Source: Leucoraja ocellata (lineage: Eukaryota). Taken from it: DNA of 64,000 nt. The position numbers were made by a program, and so were the translations under genes. The stretch's first letter is position 1, and each line of letters starts with the position of its first letter. The notes below the pieces were generated by a model. The model searched no databases. It was not told where the DNA came from and saw nothing but the letters and a program-made list of their open reading frames with translations. Positions 1-13,031 of this stretch are shown here, in pieces. The stretch is from assembly GCA_036785375.1 (NCBI GenBank), contig JAWMAR010000252.1, positions 2,666,001 to 2,730,000 on the forward strand, given 5' to 3'.

Positions 1-166
1 AATACTTAAAACTGTATATTAAATAATTTATGTTGTGTACATCATAACGCTCTTTCCTTATTTCACAAATGTCGTGGATCAAAAATCTGCTACTATCCTC
101 ATTTATCAGCTTCCTAAAGATTTCTTTTTTTTGATGATGAATTCATCTCTTTCTGCATTTATCAAG

Positions 167-535
167 ATGCTGCAAGGGCCAAGAAGCGAGCGGGTAAGAG
201 CATCTCTTACCCCTCTCACCCTGGCCACAAACTCTTTGAATCACTTCCCTCTGGAAGGTGACTCCGGACTGTCAAAGCTGCCGCAGCCAGACATAAAAAC
301 AGGTTTTTTTCCATGGGAAGTAGCTCTACTCAATAACCAAAAATCTGTAGCAAAGGGGGCTACAGGTAGTTAATTTATTTCACATGTTTAATCGATAATG
401 TTTTATTATTAATGTTTAATGTTTTATGCGTCATTCTTAATTGTCACGGTATGTCATGTCACTGGCGAGTGGAGCACCAAGGCATATTCCTTGTATGTGA
501 GCATACTTGGCCAATAAACATATTCACTCATCATT
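167..535 (+). mobile_element. LINE 3' fragment, Rex1/Babar-like
   Basis: Decayed ..HP...LF..LPSG.R..SFFP RT C-terminus followed by a catacttggccaataaa tail. Similar fragments at 935-1405(+), 2255-2560(-), 15320-15640(-), 32118-32480(-), 57945-58345(-), 60165-60480(+). Confidence 0.6.
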
Positions 536-3500
536 ACCATAATTCATAATTTTGATCTTTCTGTTACAGTCCATGACATTTTGTACACCTCATCCCCCAC
601 CCCCATTCAAAATAAACAAACTTTCATACTTGAAATCCTTCATGGGTCACCTCTGTGTTTATAACTTTTATTGGTTTTGAAATTATCTTTAGTCTTTGTC
701 CTTCGCCATCAAATAGAAATAATATTTCACAAATGACCCTTTCAAATATCTTGTAAACCTTGCTATCTTCTCTTCACATTCTGTATTTCATCAGAAAACA
801 AAACAATTAAGACATTCTTGCCATAAATAACTGTCATTGTCATAGATTCCATTAAGCAATATCTAAACCACCGTAGTAGAAAAATCCTTTGATGTTTTGT
901 GGAGGTTGCAGAGGTAGCGGACTCAGTCTGGTCCATCGCAGGCATGGCTTTCACCTCCAGAAACAAACATTTACATGAGGCGCTGCCTTAAGAAGCCAGT
1001 ATATATCATCAAGGATTCCTCCTCCCCCCCCCCTCCATTTGTGCTATGCTCTCTTCTCACTGCTAGTATCGGGCAGGAGGTACGGAATCCTGAAGTCCCA
1101 CACCAACAGGTTCAGGAACACCAACTTTCCTACAGCAATCAGGTTTTTACCTGGGAACACACTTATCTACCTCAGCAATGTAACAGTATGGATCATCTCT
1201 TCCACTGAAGATGTTTTCTTCTAATTATATTTTTATACTTGCATCTTGTGTTTTTGCCTTTCTTTCTTTGAGACATTTTATGTGTGACTTCTGCATAATT
1301 TATGTATGATTTGCTTTTACATGTTCGTCTGATTTTATGAACCTGTGGGCTGCAGCAAGCAAGATTTTCCATTGTACCTGTGATAATGGACTTGACTTGA
1401 CTTTTGATCTCGGTTAAATCTTTATTTACCATGTAATAATTATAAAGCTAAGTTCGTCTGGCAGGGAGTGACAGAGATGCATGTCACAGATGGTCAAAAT
1501 ATCATGTTGGCGACTGTGTGCCATTTGTTTTGAAGATGAAACATTCCTGCATTCAGAGGCACCAAGTGCATTGGGGATGTTTTTCCTTTGCTCTGGATCT
1601 GAACAAATGGCATTCCCCACATACCAAGCAGAGACCAAAAGTAATGGAATTTATTATATTCGATCTCCACCTTTGCTCCGTTAGCCCAGCAATCCTGGCA
1701 TCATTACTTGCCTCCTGTACCAACCAGTATTGTTTTTCCCTGGCTGGGCTGATAATGTTTACATCATTGTAATGATATGTAGTAAACTTTTTTAAGCTTA
1801 GGTAGAATGTAGATTAAAGCCTCTTCTTATACTCAATGCGCTGAACTCGAAAACATTTTATGTATATTAAAAGATGTGACATTGGAGTTACCTTGAGGTG
1901 GTTGCTCGGTGGTTTGGAAATCTTATGTTGTGAGCAATGGGAGACAGTAAAAGGGTGAGCTGGAACATGCAGTAATCCATGGTGTGACACGTGTGAAGGC
2001 CTGAGGGTGGGTGAATTATGTTACAGAAATCACCAGTTAGATAGGCTTTGCATATTTCATGAGATAAAAGTACGGTTATTTCCTTGGCTTTCTACCAACG
2101 TCATTAAGTATCAATTCAAGCAGAAGTTCTCTGAGATGACTTCACTTGCGATGCAGTTCTTTTCAATAATGTACGGTTTGTCAAAGGTACGTAACCCTGC
2201 ATCCAGTAGATTTTGGAAAAGCCGTCATTGTCTCTTTAAGTAAATAGATGCTATGTTTGGGTTGGACTTATTATTGACACGTGTACCGAGGTACAGTGAA
2301 AATAATAGTTTTGCAATCTATCCCAACAGATAGACTTTACATAAATGCAATCAAGTAAAGCTCAAGTACAATAGATGGAGCAAATGCAAAGGTACAGATT
2401 ACAGAATATAGTTCTCAGCATTGCGGTGCATCACTTCCACAGCCAAAGTCCAATATCCACAATAGGATAGAGATTAATTGAACATTACTCCAGCGCCTGA
2501 AAGAACTGAGCCTGGTTACAGAGGGGCAGAAGCTCTTCCTTATTCTGGTGGTGTGCGCTTTCATTCGTTAAAAGTTATATCTAATTTTGCTCTTAATGAT
2601 GGAGAAAATTATGGGGACAATTGTATGCATATTTCACAGGTGAGATGCAAAAATGAGTGATTTTTCTTGAAGGAAGATTTTCAAACCCAGTTGTTTGCCA
2701 CATTTCCAGGAAATACCCCAGGTCTGTGGTGGATAGTCATTCTTACACAGGCGAACATAGAAATGTTGTATTTACCATCCAACAAGTAACTGACCTTCTC
2801 ACTTCAAACATGAGATTACAGTATCACAGGGACTTGTTCATGGCTAGTTTGTTCATTTTAAGTTATAGACATGGTTAATGCTTCATTTTCCAATTTCTCA
2901 AGGAATCCTCGGGGCCCCTAATCACATTATTTCATTTCTACCCACCCTCACTACCTTACTGCTCTACCCTACAACTTTTTGTTTTTCCACTTGCTGTGTT
3001 TTTCACTCTGGACTTAGTGGCCTCTCTACAATTCCTTAAAAAGAATAACATTGATTGACTATCTGAGTTAAAAGATACTTGTTTACTTTTTCAGTAATAG
3101 AGAAATTGAAAATGTATAATGTGACAATTTTCACATACCAGCTTCTTTCATTTACTGGCCAGGTTAGATCTTGATATCTGCCTTTTTGTCAATCTATAAT
3201 TCTTTTTTCACTCAAGCCTCTTTACATAAAGATAGTTACTGTGGCCCCTTTTTCAGTGATCTTGGAATGAATAGTTGAATAATTGTGAGCAAAACATCAC
3301 TAATTTGCCCATAAAATAATTCACAACGTGCTACCTTGTCATTTTCTCCTCTTGTGCCCTTGTTTTCTATCTGTCCGTAAACTCTTTTTGTTACAGAATC
3401 AGAAGTAAAAGGAAGGTGTTGGAGAAAAGTCTCTGTTGTACTGTATTGCTGAGTGATCGCCCGCAAGTAAACTGCTGAGACTGATAAGCTTTGTTTCACA

Positions 3501-3932
3501 AGAAACAAATAAATAGAGGGGCAAAGTATTAGTCGTAGCCCTTATAATATCTCGCCAGCGAGGTTATCAGTCCTAGTTCTTGTTTTTATTCACTTCGTAA
3601 TTGTCAACAACAAAGTAGCAGTGAGAGGCAGAGAAGAAAAAAAATAATTGAAACTGAGGGTACAACCACATTTGCGGGATGGGGGAATAAGATTTATCTG
3701 AGATTACATTCAGTATCGAGTCCTGAACAGCAGCAACCTGCCCAGGTGGAAAATGTGACGCATTTCCTCAAACTTTAGTCAGACATTGTAGTAGCAACAT
3801 GGGAGAGTGGGTCTTGGATGGAGACCAGAGTATGTCTTGGATGGAGAATTAAAGAGGCAACTTTAGCTTCTATCCTATCCCCTTGTTCACTCCTCTCCTC
3901 TCTCTTTCTAAAACTCAAAGCATGATTTCGAC

Positions 3933-4228
3933 TTTAGAGATACAGCGCGGAAACAGGCCCTTCAGCCCACCGAGTCTGCACCAAACCAGTGATCACTCTG
4001 TATAATAGCACGATCCTATACACTGGGGACAATTTACAACTTTTATTTTACCGAAGCCTATTAACCTACAAACCTGAAAGTCTTTGGAGTGTGGGAGAAA
4101 ACATGAGCACCCACATAGTCACAGGGATAACGTACAAACTCCGTACAGACAGCACCTATAGTCAGGATGGAACCCGGGTCTCTGGCGCTGAAGGCAGCAG
4201 TTCTACCGCTGCACCAATGTGCCACCCC
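3933..4228 (-). mobile_element. tRNA-derived V-SINE (HE1-like)
   Basis: Minus-strand A box TGGTGCAGCGG, B-box-like GGTTCCATCC, V-domain core (ggagtttgtacgtt...cccacactccaaagac) and CR1-like tail gggcctgtttccgcgctgtatctctaaa. Other copies about 10336-10646, 20265-20547, 22351-22625, 28455-29609 (split by CR1), 36692-36969, 40480-40782. Confidence 0.85.
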
Positions 4229-7200
4229 AATCTTCTTTTTTCCCCTCAGTTTTCTGTTCTTATGAAATCTCCACGCTGATTCTGTCTCTAAGGATGTTAT
4301 GTGTCCTGTTGAATGCTCTGATTATTTTCTGTTTTTATTTCCAGTTTAGTAGCAACTGCAGTTTTTTTGCCGAATGACTGGACAAATTGTAGACTACTTT
4401 AAACTCCCCCTTGTTTAATATATTTTTTGATCTTCCTATTACTGAAATTTTATTTATTTATAAATTTTGCACAAATTTATTCTGTGCCAAGTGTTAAGTA
4501 TCGTATTTTTTTTTACTTTTTAGTAGTCTGCATGGAATCAGATCACCATTTGGGATTGAGCACTGTAATAGATACTCCTGCTCAGCATGAAATGTCACTG
4601 CCACTGTCACAGTAATAGTGGATACCTTTTGCATTCAGAATAGAATCACATCATCTGTAAAACTCAATAGCAGCCATAATTGATAGTTCCTGCAGAGTTT
4701 CAATCAAGTTTGCAGCTGCTATGTTGCTGCACTCTACTTGAAAGCTTACCGTTACCTTTGCAAATTGCAGCATCTGCAACATTATCAAATCCCATTGCAG
4801 GGCTTCATAATGTAATCGGATCTTCCACTTGGATGGATGTTCGAGACTCCCTGATGTTAATTGAATTAAAGTGCAGAGTTCCCATGGAGTCTCAGTTCTT
4901 CTTAACAATTGATGATTGCAGAAATGTTGGTATAGAACATTGATATACTCTAGTTTTCTTTAATTCTCGAAATATGATCACAAATTGTGAATGTACCTGA
5001 GGGCAATGGGTATCGTGGAAAAAGGGGGGCACAACAGGAGTGGCCTGGCACGGATGAATGGGTTCAGTGAGTGGTTGAGCATGAGGTTGCGAGCTGGGAT
5101 TGGTGAGTTTGGAGATCAGTTGACAATGGAAAGGGTCGTACAGTGTGGCGTTAGGCTGTAAAGAAGCCTGAATGATGCATGAACTGTAACTGGCTCATCT
5201 GATAGACATCCCAGTCTGACAGAGTGCACGGAGATAGTCACAAAATACCGGAGTAACTCAGTGGGCCAGGCAACATCAGACTGAAGGGTCTGAAAAAGTG
5301 TCTCAACCCAAAACATCACCTATTCCTTTTCTCCAGAGATGTTGCCTGACCCACTGAGTTACTCCAGCATTTTGTGTCTGTCTTTGGTGTCAATCAGCAT
5401 CTGCAGTTCCTTCCTACACACACTGTGCTGGGAGGGTCTCTTCTTGGACAATATGCCCCATCTCCCCAGCAATAATCCAAACGAACCATTGCATTGGAAA
5501 TAATGTCATTCGGTGGCCTATTGGAAAATTGGGACATTTTCAGGAAATGGGGGAGGATCAATATTCTGGCTAGGAAAGCGTATCTCCATAGGGCAAAGTG
5601 GCTATTTGGTGAGAAACCAGTACGCTGAAGGGGAAATCTTTGTGAGGAGAAAAAATAAATTAAACTGAAAATACACTGTGTCAAAATAAACAATGCTCTG
5701 GCAACTCTCTGTTTCTATTTTTTAAATTTGCTCTGATTAGTATGTGATTCCCAGCAATGCTACATTGATGAATCCTGCAAAGCCTCGTCTCTCTAGAAGA
5801 CTTATCTGGATTTCCATTGAAAAGACGATCATTCCCTGATGATAGGGGAACTTAGATCAATTTAAACGGTCTAATGATGAACACTGTCACAAAAATAGAC
5901 AATAAGCTGCCCAATGGACCAGGAAAATCAAGCAAAACAAAGCAAATGGCTCAGTGGACCAATGTTGCAAAATGGGTGAAAATAAAGCTGGAAACTTCAA
6001 TAGGTCAGGCAGCATATGTGGTAAGAGCGAAGTTGATGTTTCAGGTCAAAAGGCTGTTATTAGAGCTGAGAAAGGGTGGAAATAAGTTGGATTTCTCAAA
6101 GCAGTGAATGTGTGGGATAAAACAAAATGGATATTTCTAGGAGGATGAGACTAAATGAATTGATTTTGGCACCTTTAGTCAGATTGTGCTTCTTTGTGTT
6201 GTGCGTGGCTATTAGCAGGACTGAAGGCTATTGTCTAGTCTGTGAGATCTCTACCTTCTCATTAATACAATCGGGTTGATGGGTATGACTGGCTTTAGGA
6301 TCCTTTGAAACACATCCTATCCCTAGGTCAGAAGATCTCCTGACACACTCGATGTAAACATTAAAACAACTCGGGATAGTTTCATTGCTTCAAAGCCTGA
6401 TATCCTTGTGCTGATGATTGTGTTGTGTAGTATTTTAAGATTTAAAATAATAAATTATATTTGAAAATTATGATTATGCTTGTTCCAGTGATGCTGCTGG
6501 CTGAGCTTTATTCCATTCTGATTCTCCTCCAAATCAAATAAATAAAAAAATGGTATTACTTTCATCAAAAGGAGCCCCTGATAATCCCATCTCATTGTTC
6601 TGATTGTAATAGTTACAACAGATAACAGAAAATTGAATAATCTCCACTTCTGACAAAGATGGTTACTTACATCTGCTGAAAAATGACTGTTCAACAGCTT
6701 TCAGTAATGTAATGTATAGTGAAGGTTTCTCACATCACTGTGGGATAATATTAGAGTCAGTAAGATGATCATCTTTATTTCATGGCACAGTGAATCAATC
6801 AGGTTGTCTGGTGAGTTAGTTCCATGCAACACAACGTGATTGGTCATCTGGCTAATTCCAATCTTTGCAGTTTCAAAAGGCAGCCAGTAATCGATTGATT
6901 TATCAAAATTGGCTCATTGGGCAGGCATGGAGTTATACAGCATTGAAACCATGCCGTCCGCCCCACTTGCCCATGCCAAATAAAAAGTACAATCTACAGA
7001 ACAGCCACCTGCCTGCGTTTGGCCTATATCCTTTTAAACCTATCCTATCCATGTGTTCTTGCATTGTGCTCTCATCTTCCTTAACCATTTAATTCCACCA
7101 AATCATTGGTAACTCAGCATGGGTCCAAGCTACATCTGCCTCTTCGTGGAACAGTTCTATTTTCACTTTTCCAAGCTTCTCCTCTCATTTCTTTTTCAAC

Positions 7201-7655
7201 ACATTTTATCTGTGTTGGTGCTACTTTCTGGTCCCCGTACATAACTTGAGTATTTCATCGCCTCCGCTGATTACTTTCATCCTGCTTTCACTTGCAGTTA
7301 CACCATCTTTGATTCTTGTCTTTCTGGACCACTCTATCTCCATTTCAGGTAACAGATTAGCAACCCTCATACATTACAAGCCCTTGGACTCCCACAGATA
7401 TCATGAGCACATTAATTCCTATAAGGACTTTATTCCATTATCTTGGTTTCCCCAGCTGTGTCATGTTCTGCACTTTGTATCTTTCAACTCACTGGAGCCA
7501 AGGTTTCAGCTCGCCACATCCCGGGTTCCTGCACCACTCCTTCAGCTCTTCAGGGCATGGGTTCTAACACTCTCTTAAATCTCACTGGGGCATTGGCTCC
7601 CAAGCTATCTCCCTGCTCACTGCAGCTTGGGATCCTGGGCTTTCTTTTATCTTTA

Positions 7656-8054
7656 AGCCGTGTCCCACGGTACGAGTTCATTCCAAGAGCTCTCCCCAGT
7701 TTGCCCTGATTCGAACTCGGAGATTTACGGTAATGGCCACTCGTCGGTACTCGGGGCTCTCGTGGAGATTTTTCAACATGTTGAAAATACCTCATGTTGA
7801 AAAACATACCTCATGTTGAAAAATCAACATACCTCATGTTGAAAAATCTTCACGAGTCTTCCTGTGCTTACCTGCAATTAGCGAGTCTTCCCGAGTCTTC
7901 CCGAGTACCTGCCTTGTTAACATTACGAGCTGCTAAGAGACGTCCCCGAGCTCCGATGTACCCGCTACGTTCATTCTCCGTGCTTAGCACGAGTTTGATT
8001 TGTTTTAAACTAGGGAGAGCTCTTGGAATGAACTCGTACCGTGAGACAGGGTTT
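7656..8054. mobile_element. PIF/Harbinger-like MITE
   Basis: Long TIRs (gtcccacggtacgagttcattccaagagctctccc ... gggagagctcttggaatgaactcgtaccgtgagac); TTA on both flanks; internal tandem copies of catacctcatgttgaaaa. Confidence 0.75.
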
Positions 8055-8182
8055 TTACTGAATCTCACTGAAACATTATAATATTTTGTAACCTTGAAAA
8101 GAAGTGCATTAACAGTTTATGTGTGGTAGCAATAGGAAATATAACACAATTGTCTGTCAGTTTGGCATCACCAAAGTCCTAA

Positions 8183-9323
8183 AGGACGACTTCATTTGCG
8201 AGTGCAGGCGACTATCAAGGTCTTGTTGAATCGCCGAAAAAGTGAATGTATCAAACGCATCCTACGACTATGTAGAAGACATCCTATGACTATGTAGGAC
8301 AAGCTACGACTATCTGCAACTTAATCACCGATGCACTCGTGACAATTGGCGACCCAATAGTGGGGACTGAAGACGACCACCTTCGACTTACAGACGACTA
8401 CACCCACGATCACAGAAGCAAGCTACGGCAAGCTAAGACTCTACACCTAAAAAGATCACCTAAAAAAATGACGTTAGATTTTTCAAACATGTTCTTTTAA
8501 ATTCAGTGTATTGCTTGTTTTAGTGTTAGATTTATTGAGATGTATAAAAATAAAATCCTTTTAAATGCAGTGCATTTGAAGTGCTTGTGTCTGTTTTCTT
8601 CATCAAAATAAATGTGAAACTTTAAATACAGTGCATTCCTTACTTGTGTTTGTGTGTGTTTCAATTATCTAAATATATGAGAAATGAAATATGAAATTTA
8701 AGTGATGATATTAAGGGACTGCTATGAAAAAGAATGATATTCATACATCAATTTGAGGTTAAAAAGTCAGGGATTTCCTTTATTGGTAATGAAACACACA
8801 AAAGTCTTATAAACAAACAATGTTGATAACAGCCTGGTGGGTGGTGTTGAGGGTTGTGCCCTGCCCCTGCGCTGAAGCTTTCCCCTCAGAGCCATGTCTC
8901 ACACTGTCTGATCCACTGAAAGAAAAAGTGCGCAATGACAGCGCATCACGTGCTGCTGTTTCCATACCTTTTTTTTCCGCAATGAGCCCATGAAAATGAC
9001 TGGTCAGCAAAGGCGATTAGCTAAGCCTAACTACGACTATCACGACTACCTACAATTACCTACGATAACATGGCGACCCCACTACATCTAGACCTACGAC
9101 TACAAAAGTAGCGATTTTCTCCATGGAGACCAATTTTTGGTTGCAGAAAATGTTTCCACATGTTGAAAATTTTACGGTGACCATACTGAGGCCGCGACTA
9201 GTTCCCGAATGCGGGAACTCCTCCCGACCATGAAGAAGACCACCTGCGACCATGTGGCGATCTTGTGGCGAGCACAGAGTCTCCTGCACTCGCCAAAGAA
9301 GTCGCCTAAGTGGGACAGGCCCT
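8183..9323. mobile_element. PIF/Harbinger-like non-autonomous element
   Basis: Right TIR aagtgggacaggccct + TAA; left TIR partly deleted (TAA agg..cgacttcatttgcgagtgcagg); subterminal (acgact)-like repeats. Confidence 0.65.
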
Positions 9324-11356
9324 TAAGAGTGCCAGGACAAAGTAGTATCACTGTTGTGTATCATCAAACACATGTTAATTGTAGACTTGATGTGTAGCAA
9401 ATGGGCTGTGCAGGAACAGCATCAGGGAAACTGGAAGAATGAAATAGCACCCGATGGTGGGCTTTAAGCCATAGTTTTTATCAATCTCACTGACAGTTTC
9501 CAACACCTCATTCAGATATATATATATATTTCTATATCATTCTATTCCTATTCAACTTTGACACATATTTTGCGTTGCATTCCAAAATCCCAAAGTTAAA
9601 CTGCAAGGTAGTTTCAAAGCATGTTTTCAATTTTTTAGCATTCTAATTGTTTGGCTGAATGAAACGTGACCTTTTTTGGGGAGATAGTCACCCCTACGTA
9701 TAATTTTGCATCAGTAATAATTTGACAGGCTGTGGTCACCAGATTTCACCCTCCACTCTGAAATAAAGAAGTGGCATTTGCAATTTCCTAATCCACTGTA
9801 GAGATGTTTAGAAAATAATTTCTATGGCATCAATAATTCCTTCATTTAATGTATTAATACAGTTTGGAAAGCACTTGAAGATTTGTTTACCCTATGCATT
9901 ATTTATATTATTACCATTTAAATCTTTAAAAAAAATCTCTAAGCTTCTCCCTTGATTTATTCCTCGGTCTACTTGTATTTGGCGATCTTGTCCCCTTTCC
10001 TCTGTGGTCAATGTTGACATAGTGCTTACTGTCTGCATTTTCCTTCCCAACATTATGATTTTATCCTCATCCATCACCAGTAGATCTGTATTTCCCATAC
10101 CAATGATTTATTCTTTATTTAGTTCAAAAAACATTATATTACTATTAATATTTTTTCATATTCTGTTCTTGCATCTTTTGGTAATTTATTTATACCTTTA
10201 TTGTTCTTTTTAAAGCTTTCCATATCTGTTGGACTTTCTTTCATTGCATTTGTGTAAGTCTTTTCTAATAACTTGATACTTATTCTTCCAATCATGTAGC
10301 TTCATTTAAACATCATACATTATTATACAGTTTCTAGTTTAGTTTAGATTCACATTGTGGAAGAAAACCCTTTGGCCCACCAAGTCTGCACTGACCTGCG
10401 ATCCCCATACACTAACACAATCCTACACACTAGGGATAATTTACAATCTTTACCGAAGCACAATTAACCTACGTTTGTAGGTATGTACATCTTTGGAAGT
10501 ATGGGAGGAAATTCAGCAAGTAGCACTCAGAAAAGTCACGGGGAGAATGTACACACTCCATACAGACAACACCTATAGTCAGGATTAAACCCAGGTCTGT
10601 GGCACTGTAAGGGAGCAACTCTCCCGCTGCACAGCTATGCCGGCCCTACTGCACTGTAAGCACCGAGGCACAAGTACTGCTATAAAACGTTATGGATGCA
10701 TTTATTAACCAATGCATATGCATGACCCCATCAAGTGAGTGAAGAATTACATTTTGACTTAACGAGTTATCTATTTATTCAGCAGCTTGTACATGTAAAT
10801 CCTTGAACAATTTGCTGATGTACTTGAATGTTACATCTGTTTTAACAGCCTGCAAGAACTGATATAACAAATAGACATGATCTCATTCATTAACTAGTTC
10901 ATTTCAGTCATAAATTGGCAATCATTCCCAATTTATGATTATGTTCTTCAAAATCAACGAGAGTGTAAAACCTAAATAAAAAATCATTCATCTGAGTGCA
11001 CAACATATATCTTTTAAATTTCTGATCATTTTTTTTAACCAATTCCAAGACCCATCACTGATCCAGTTGCTGTAAGCTGGACTATACCCCTATAGTTGGT
11101 TGGCTAAACACCCACATACTTTGTAACCACTGATATATCTTGCCAGGTTACCAATGTGGTAGTTAGTTTAATGGAGTTATAGAATAACCTATAAATAAGA
11201 AATATTTATTTCTCTTGAATTAGTTTAACACAGTTTAATTTGATATTGATGGAATTTTGTCAGTTTTGAATTATAAATTTATGACATTCTTTGCATTGTA
11301 TACAATGTAATTATCACATTTATGAATGGGATTAGCACTTTTATTTAATCTTCCAG

Positions 11357-11410
11357 GTGTTAAATCCAAAGAAGAAAGCTAAAAAGAAAAAATACATTAA
11401 TTCTGGTACA
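11357..11410 (+). CDS. CPNE8: Copine-8 internal exon (end of C2B: VLNPKKKAKKKKYINSGT)
   Basis: ttccag acceptor and gtaagt donor; 54 nt, phase 0/0; matches copine VVNPKKK..KKKY.NSGT motif. I did not find the upstream exons in this window. Confidence 0.93.
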
Positions 11411-11840
11411 GTAAGTATTTATGTTTTTGCTCAATTCAAAGATATGACTATCCCTGTTGGAGTTATTTGATGCTACTTCAGAATAACAATTTAATGATAT
11501 TTTTACCTATTATGAATAATATGATTTTATATTTGCCTTTTTTTGTTCAAAGTATTTTTGCTGCCGGCACAGTATATTGGTGCAGTTTGTGCGTGTGCAT
11601 TTCACAAGTTAATTCTGGAGTTGGATTGAATGTTTTCTCAAATGTAGCAGTATATGTTATTTATTTATTTATTTATTTATTTATGTTTGTTTTTGCTTGG
11701 TTTCTGCAGTGAAACATTCTTAATGCCTAATTTGACTTGTTGAATATGATGACATTCATGGCTTCCAGAAGACATTCTTTGTTCAATCAAGTGCTCTTAA
11801 ATTCTGGTACATTAACCATAATTGTAGGCCTGACTATTTT

Positions 11841-12139
11841 AATGACGTCGTACGCAGCGTCTTGACGGCGTATGCCTGGCGCGTTGCGTTGCGCGGTGAC
11901 GTCACCGCCCGGCGTGCCGTTGCGTGATGACGTCACCGCCCGACGCCGTGCGACGTCCAAATTCAGTCGGCCCGCCTCCTGCCTAGCTGATTGGGGAGTA
12001 TGATGTCGGGACCAGCCCCACACAACTCCATATGCCTCCGCCGATCGAAGTGGGACCGGCCCCACGAGGTCGTACGCCTCAAGCGACCACGTTTGGTCGC
12101 GCTAGACGCATGCTATCGCATGCTGGTGGGACAGGCACT
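11841..12139. mobile_element. CpG-rich truncated Harbinger-like MITE
   Basis: Right end ggtgggacaggcact + TAA matches the same TIR family; left TIR not found. Confidence 0.55.
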
Positions 12140-12479
12140 TAAAGCATCTCGTAGGATTCCTTTGAGCATCTTGGTTCCCACTAATCACAGATCTCTGCAT
12201 TATCACCTTGTAAACAAGAAACCTGTTGGCCATCTTCCAGACTGAGGAACTAGACCGTGACCTCGGTCAGCGGTTACAGCATCTTTGGTAGTATGGGGAG
12301 ATGCCTGTCTAGTATCTGCCACTTCTTTGAGTGGAGGTTGCCTTGGCCATGAGACTAATATGAATGGGTGGTATCACATCTGTATTATCAGTGTCACTGT
12401 TAATGGTGCATTAACTTGTTATATATTATCCTGATACATTAAATCTATCTGTATAGATTATCTGAACAGTGACACTGAT

Positions 12480-12805
12480 CATATGGTCATAAGTACCAGG
12501 AGCAGAATTAGACCATTCGGCCCATCAAGTCTACTCCACCATTCAATCATGGCTGATCTCTTTCCCTCTCATCTGCATTCTCCTACCTTTTCCCCATGAC
12601 ACTCTTATTGCTCAAGAATCCGCGCCAAAACTATCCTTTGACTTGGCCTCCACAGCTGTCTGTGGTCATGAATTCCGCAGATTCACCACCCTCTTACTAA
12701 ATAAATTCCTCCTCGCCTCCTTTCTAAAGGTACGTCCTTTTATTCTGAGACTATGGCCTCTGGTCCTAGACTCTCCCACTCGTGGAAACATTCTCCCCAC
12801 ATCCA
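12480..12805 (-). mobile_element. CR1 LINE 3' fragment
   Basis: Homologous to the CR1 3' end at 28555-28870. Confidence 0.75.
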
Positions 12806-13031
12806 ACTCTCAGAATCGAGTGGTACACTATTGTGATTGGATCAAATAGCAAACTAAATGGCTTTGATAAAGTGTCAAGACTGAGATCACAGCCTTACAA
12901 AACACATCATTTAAAATTAGAAGTGCTTTCAAAATGTCACTTCGTCGGAGGCTTAGCTCTCTGCAGTGACCTGCTTTTGTTGCTGTCATGCTGTCAGTTT
13001 GTGATTTAGCTTTGACTGCTGTCAGCGGGTA

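Noticed and set aside
1-11356. Short ORFs and possible upstream CPNE8 exons
   Set aside because: No C2-domain peptide with splice signals found; the ORFs are TE scraps or chance.
11710-11790. Possible alternative CPNE8 exon after ttctgcag
   Set aside because: Stop codon immediately in the required frame and no copine similarity.
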